Below are positions 60,344-64,000 of a stretch of 64,000 bases of DNA, one piece after another. Below the pieces are notes generated by a model. That model was given only the letters and a program-made list of their open reading frames with translations. It was not told the origin of the DNA and ran no database searches. The first letter of the stretch is position 1, and each line of letters starts with the position of its first letter. Source of the stretch: Candidatus Carthagonibacter metallireducens (GTDB lineage: Bacteria > Gemmatimonadota > Gemmatimonadetes > Palauibacterales > Palauibacteraceae); contig JAMJQQ010000119.1 of assembly GCA_023554445.1 (NCBI GenBank), positions 1,925 to 65,924 on the forward strand, written 5' to 3'. The translations under genes were made by a program, and so were the position numbers.

Positions 60344-60681
60344 TCTTCCGGCTCGTCCAGGGTGGCAGTTAGGCTCGAGCCGGGCGGCGCCTTGTGATTC
60401 CGGCGGCGTTCCCGCTCTTTTCGCGCGCGTCTCGAGAGTCGGTCGTAGAGTCGATCCACGGCGGTGCGTATTTCCGATGCTTCGGCCTTTGCGACGACCG
60501 GTCCGCTGCCATCCACGCTCATCACCGCTTCGGCGATGCTGCGAGTCTTCTCCTCCGCCAGAATCACTTCAATCCGTGAAGCACGCGGCTCGAACTTCGA
60601 CAGGCGCTCGAATCTCTCGTCGATGTGCTCTCGGATCGCGTCGGTGACGTCCACGTTCCGGCCGGAGATGATAATCTGCAT
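60340..60681 (-). CDS. hpf: Ribosome hibernation-promoting factor (HPF/RaiA, sigma-54 modulation protein family)
   Basis: MQIIISGRNVDVTDAIREHIDERFERLSKFE is the canonical HPF N-terminus. Confidence 0.9.
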   Translation of the reverse strand: MQIIISGRNVDVTDAIREHIDERFERLSKFEPRASRIEVILAEEKTRSIAEAVMSVDGSGPVVAKAEASEIRTAVDRLYDRLSRRARKERERRRNHKAPPGSSLTATLDEPEE

Positions 60682-60699
60682 CGCGTCCCTCCCTCCAGT

Positions 60700-61806
60700 T
60701 CACACTACCTTACGCAGAACGGCCTCTGTCTCATCGGCTGTCTGGTCCCAGGTGAATCTCGCTGCATGCCCGATCGCGCCCTGTCCGAGCCGGTCCCGAA
60801 GCGCCGGGTCAGCTGCCAGCCTGCCGATCGCATCGGCCCACTTCTCGACGTCGCCGTGCGGGACCAGGTACCCGGAAACACCGTCCAGGACCGATTCGCG
60901 CAGTCCTGGCGCGTCGCTGGCGAGCGAAGGTGTCCCGCACGCAGCCGCTTCTATGTTGCTGATGCCCCACCCCTCTTTCGGCGAAGGATAAACGTGAGCC
61001 CAGGCGCGACGCATCAGTTCCCGCTTCTCCTCCTCCGTAACGTACCCCGCGAAGGTCACGAGGTCTCTCAGCGCCAGGGAATCGACGAGCGTCTCGAGAC
61101 GCTGACGATCTTCCCCCTGCCCGGCGATCCGGAACTGTACCGCGGCTCCCCGGTCTCGAAGCAGGGCCAGCGCTCGCAAGACGATGTCGACGCTCTTGTA
61201 TCGCTGCAGTCGACCCGCATAGACGATCGTCGGCTCGGCTAATCGCTCTGAAAACTGAGCCGGGCGAAAGAAACCGTGGTCGATCCCGGGGTAGCTCACC
61301 GAGATCCGATCCCGCTGGAATCCACGCTCCACCAGATCGTCCGACGTGCTCTCCGAAATCACCAGTACCGGGATCTCGGCGTAGGCTGCAGGCATGAGTT
61401 TCTCGGCCGTCCACACCACAGCGGCGACCGGTGGCAGTTCCTGCCTGAATGCCGTCGCCCCGAACAGGTGAGGAACGAGTGCAACGACCGGAAGTGACGA
61501 CCACTGCTTGCAGAACAACGGACACTTGTTGATGTCCTCCACGATCACGTCGAATTCGCGTCCTGCTTCGAGCCTGTCCTTGAAGGCCGAGAGTGCGTGA
61601 AGCGCGAAGGTGTATCGAGTTCCGGCACGGACGACTCGCATTCCGTCGAGCCGCGTCTCTGTCGGAGCACCCGTCCACCCTGAGCAGAGGAGAGTAACAT
61701 CGTGCCCCCTGGCCGCGAGTCGTCCGAAAATCTCGTGCAGATGGATCTCCGCTCCACCCGCCCTCGGGTTCTCCCGATCCTGCCAGTTCACCACGAGAAT
61801 CCGCAC
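60700..61806 (-). CDS. Glycosyltransferase family 4 (GT-B, group 1)
   Basis: 368 aa with the C-terminal EGWGISNIEAAACGTPSLAS donor-binding motif. Confidence 0.85.
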   Translation of the reverse strand: MRILVVNWQDRENPRAGGAEIHLHEIFGRLAARGHDVTLLCSGWTGAPTETRLDGMRVVRAGTRYTFALHALSAFKDRLEAGREFDVIVEDINKCPLFCKQWSSLPVVALVPHLFGATAFRQELPPVAAVVWTAEKLMPAAYAEIPVLVISESTSDDLVERGFQRDRISVSYPGIDHGFFRPAQFSERLAEPTIVYAGRLQRYKSVDIVLRALALLRDRGAAVQFRIAGQGEDRQRLETLVDSLALRDLVTFAGYVTEEEKRELMRRAWAHVYPSPKEGWGISNIEAAACGTPSLASDAPGLRESVLDGVSGYLVPHGDVEKWADAIGRLAADPALRDRLGQGAIGHAARFTWDQTADETEAVLRKVV

Positions 61807-61817
61807 GCGACGTGTCG

Positions 61818-62246
61818 TCAGAGCTTCTGGTTCCGGCCTCTGGCGACGGCGTCCAGAACGCCGTTGACGAAGCGGGGACTCTCCTCCGTACCATACCGCT
61901 CCGCGAGCCTGATTGCCTCGTGAATTGCGACTCTTGTCGGCACGTCCGGGATCGTCAGCAACTCCGTCGTCGCAAGTCGCAGAATGCTCCGGTCGATCGC
62001 GGTCAGTCGTTCCAACCGCCAGTTCGCGAGGTTCCCCTGAATTCTGCTGTCCACTTCAGGCAGGTGTTCGGCAAGCGAGGCAAGTAGCGATTCCGCATAT
62101 GGGCGGTATCTGTGCGAAATGCTCCGCAACGCGAAATTCCGCTCCGCGAAGGAGGGCAGAGCCAGTTCACCGTCGGAGACATCCCACGCATAGAGCATTT
62201 GCAGGGCCCAGCTTCGCGCTCGCGACCGCGGGTTGAAACCGCTCAT
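61818..62246 (-). CDS. nusB: Transcription antitermination factor NusB
   Basis: Start MSGFNPRSRARSWALQMLYAWD at 62246, overlapping the ribH stop in ATGA. Confidence 0.85.
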   Translation of the reverse strand: MSGFNPRSRARSWALQMLYAWDVSDGELALPSFAERNFALRSISHRYRPYAESLLASLAEHLPEVDSRIQGNLANWRLERLTAIDRSILRLATTELLTIPDVPTRVAIHEAIRLAERYGTEESPRFVNGVLDAVARGRNQKL

Positions 62247-62713
62247 TCGAGGCCGGCGGCGAGCCGGCACATGTCGAGAACCGCTTGCGCGGCCTCTTCT
62301 CCCTTGTTGCCCTTCACACCCCCCGAGCGCGCCCGCGCCTGGTCGGCCGTATCGGTGGTCAGCAGTCCGAATCCGATCGGAATGCCGTACTCGCGCGCGA
62401 GTGTCTCCAGCCCCCGGGTCGCTCCCAGCGAGACATACTCGAAGTGCGGCGTCTCTCCCCGGATGACGCAGCCGAGAGCGATCACGCCATCGAGATTCCC
62501 CCGCCGCAACAGCCATGACACGCAGAGCGGAATTTCCCAGGCCCCGGGAACACGGTAGACGGCGATGCGCTCTTCCTCCACTCCAGCCCCGAGTAGCGTC
62601 TGAATCGCCGCTTCCTGCATCGACCGCGTGACGGCCTCGTTGAATCGGCTGACTACGAGCGCGATCCGCAGCCGGGCCGACGACGAGGACGGCCCCGAAA
62701 ACGCCGCATTCAC
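62243..62713 (-). CDS. ribH: 6,7-dimethyl-8-ribityllumazine synthase
   Basis: GTG 62713 gives (M)NAAFSGPSSSSARLRIALVVSRFNEAVT. RibH fold (GAWEIP, GETPHFEYV). GTGA overlap with ribBA. Confidence 0.85.
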   Translation of the reverse strand: MNAAFSGPSSSSARLRIALVVSRFNEAVTRSMQEAAIQTLLGAGVEEERIAVYRVPGAWEIPLCVSWLLRRGNLDGVIALGCVIRGETPHFEYVSLGATRGLETLAREYGIPIGFGLLTTDTADQARARSGGVKGNKGEEAAQAVLDMCRLAAGLE

Positions 62714-63951
62714 GACGAGCCGAGCAGGTGCCCGAGCTTGTCCCGCTTGGCCTTGAGGTACTCGTGATTCAACTCGGTCACATCCGCCTCCAGGGCGACC
62801 CGTCCCGTGACCTCGAGACCGAATCCCTCGAGCCCGCTGAGTTTCTTCGGGTTGTTGGTGAGCAGACGGATCCGCTGCAGCCCCAGGTCCAGGAGGATCT
62901 GTGCCCCGATGCCGTAGTTCCGCAGATCTGCGGGAAAACCGAGGTGCTCGTTCGCCTCGACCGTGTCGAGTCCGCGATCCTGGAGCTCGTAGGCCTTCAG
63001 CTTGTTCAGGAGTCCGATCCCGCGGCCTTCCTGATCGAGATACACGATCACGCCGCGCCCTTCCGCCGCTACCTGACGCATCGCCGACTGAAGCTGCGAC
63101 TGACAGTCGCATCGCTCCGAGCCGAATACGTCTCCGGTGAGGCACTTGGAATGAACGCGCACCAGGACGTCGTCCTCGCCCTCGACCTCTCCCATGACCA
63201 GGGCGATGTGCTCGCGCGAGTCCACGTCGTTCCTGTATCCAACCACGCGGAACTCCCCGAAAGGCGTGGGCAGACTCGCCTCCGCAACGCGGTGCACGAG
63301 TCGCTCGTGGCCGAGCCGATACGAGATCAGGTCTGCGACGGTGACGAACGGGAGACCGTGCTGCTTCGAGAACACCTCGAGTTCCGGTCGACGGGCCATG
63401 GTGCCATCCGCGTTGAGGATCTCGCAGATGACGCCGGCGGGCGCACAGTCGGCGAGCCGCGCGATATCGACCGACGCTTCCGTCTGCCCGACTCGCTGAA
63501 GCACGCCGCCACGCTTGGCGCGAAGCGGAAAGATATGACCAGGACGGATCAGATCAGACGGACTCGAGTCCGGATCTACCGCCACCTGGATCGTTCGTGC
63601 CCTGTCAGCGGCGCTGATCCCCGTCGACACACCCTGTTCGATCGTGGCATCGATCGAAACGGTGAACGCCGTACCGTTCGGGTCGGAATTGCGACCGTCC
63701 GACATCAGCGGCAGGTCCAGTCTGTCGGCGATCTCGGGATCGAGAGTCAGGCAGACCAGTCCGCGGCCGTGTGTCGCCATGAAGTTGATGATCTCGGGCG
63801 TCACCTTCTCGGCAGCGCAGACGAGGTCCCCTTCGTTCTCCCGGTCTTCGTCATCGGCAATGATGACGAGACCTCCCTCCCGAATCTGTCGAATCGCTTC
63901 TACTACTTTCATATCTGCAGACGACTGCACGAATCCACTCCCGGATGTCAT
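62710..63951 (-). CDS. ribBA: Bifunctional 3,4-dihydroxy-2-butanone-4-phosphate synthase / GTP cyclohydrolase II
   Basis: DHBP synthase motifs (DDEDRENEGD) and GTP cyclohydrolase II motifs (CDCQSQL zinc site, VYLDQEGRGIGL). ATG 63951 overlaps an upstream stop in ATGA. Confidence 0.9.
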   Translation of the reverse strand: MTSGSGFVQSSADMKVVEAIRQIREGGLVIIADDEDRENEGDLVCAAEKVTPEIINFMATHGRGLVCLTLDPEIADRLDLPLMSDGRNSDPNGTAFTVSIDATIEQGVSTGISAADRARTIQVAVDPDSSPSDLIRPGHIFPLRAKRGGVLQRVGQTEASVDIARLADCAPAGVICEILNADGTMARRPELEVFSKQHGLPFVTVADLISYRLGHERLVHRVAEASLPTPFGEFRVVGYRNDVDSREHIALVMGEVEGEDDVLVRVHSKCLTGDVFGSERCDCQSQLQSAMRQVAAEGRGVIVYLDQEGRGIGLLNKLKAYELQDRGLDTVEANEHLGFPADLRNYGIGAQILLDLGLQRIRLLTNNPKKLSGLEGFGLEVTGRVALEADVTELNHEYLKAKRDKLGHLLGSS

Positions 63952-64000
63952 TTCGATTGCGTGCGCCGCGCGGCACCTGCGGCCGTGGCGGCGATGGCCT
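63948..64000 (-). CDS. 3' end of an upstream coupled gene (partial; possibly another rib operon gene)
   Basis: A TGA at 63948-63950 overlaps the ribBA ATG in ATGA. Only about 17 codons are visible. Confidence 0.25.
   Translation of the reverse strand, partial: AIAATAAGAARRTQSK

Overview
The window is a high-GC (roughly 65-70%), densely coded chromosomal segment. It looks like a Gram-negative (diderm) bacterium, because LptE-like, LpxH-like, split HldE, MlaDEF, TonB-dependent receptor and BamE-like genes are all present. Most genes are on the minus strand and many are translationally coupled by ATGA/GTGA overlaps. Many of the long six-frame ORFs (for example 421..3975-, 20109..21278-, 22953..24644-, 27568..30150+) are Arg/Gly/Pro-rich artefacts of GC bias and were discarded.

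Housekeeping content I can support:
- PepD-like dipeptidase (partial) and an OPT oligopeptide transporter.
- Lysine-aminotransferase-like class III aminotransferase, M64 and PepF (M3B) peptidases, an archaemetzincin and CstA.
- Na/Pi cotransporter with a PhoU-like gene.
- ECF sigma/anti-sigma pair coupled to an ArsA/GET3-family ATPase and cstA.
- rdgB, ctaB, fhs, ridA, greA, recO, metK, ahcY, nusB and ribH-ribBA.
- mlaE, mlaF and mlaD.
- A complete regulatory PTS block on the minus strand: hpf, hprK, mannose-type EIIA/B/C/D, ptsH, ptsI, with a separate ptsN.

RNA genes not in the ORF track, all on the minus strand:
- tmRNA (ssrA) with tag ANDNMALAA.
- tRNA-Pro(UGG).
- tRNA-Sec (selC, anticodon UCA).
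- A cobalamin riboswitch heading a btuF-like/permease/ATPase/TonB-receptor/lipoprotein operon.

selB is also present, so the organism makes selenoproteins.

The most unusual locus is at 15.1-19.6 kb. It holds a Tat-exported four-cluster ferredoxin of the NrfC/PsrB type and an NrfD/PsrC-type membrane subunit, flanked by three paralogous GcvH-fold proteins. Two of these paralogs lie in the same frame, separated by a single TGA. Immediately downstream is a sensor kinase whose periplasmic domain carries CxxCH/CxxxCH motifs, followed by a sigma-54-dependent regulator and a run of peptidase genes. The catalytic partner and the role of the GcvH-fold proteins are not evident from sequence. I flag this as a candidate undescribed quinone-linked redox or sulfur-relay module.

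Other points worth a look:
- An orphan PqqD-like RiPP-recognition protein.
- A putative BtuG-like beta-propeller lipoprotein in the B12 operon.
- An apparent frameshift at an (ACCG)3 repeat right next to selC.
- A split hldE.

No CRISPR array, transposase or integrase was seen.
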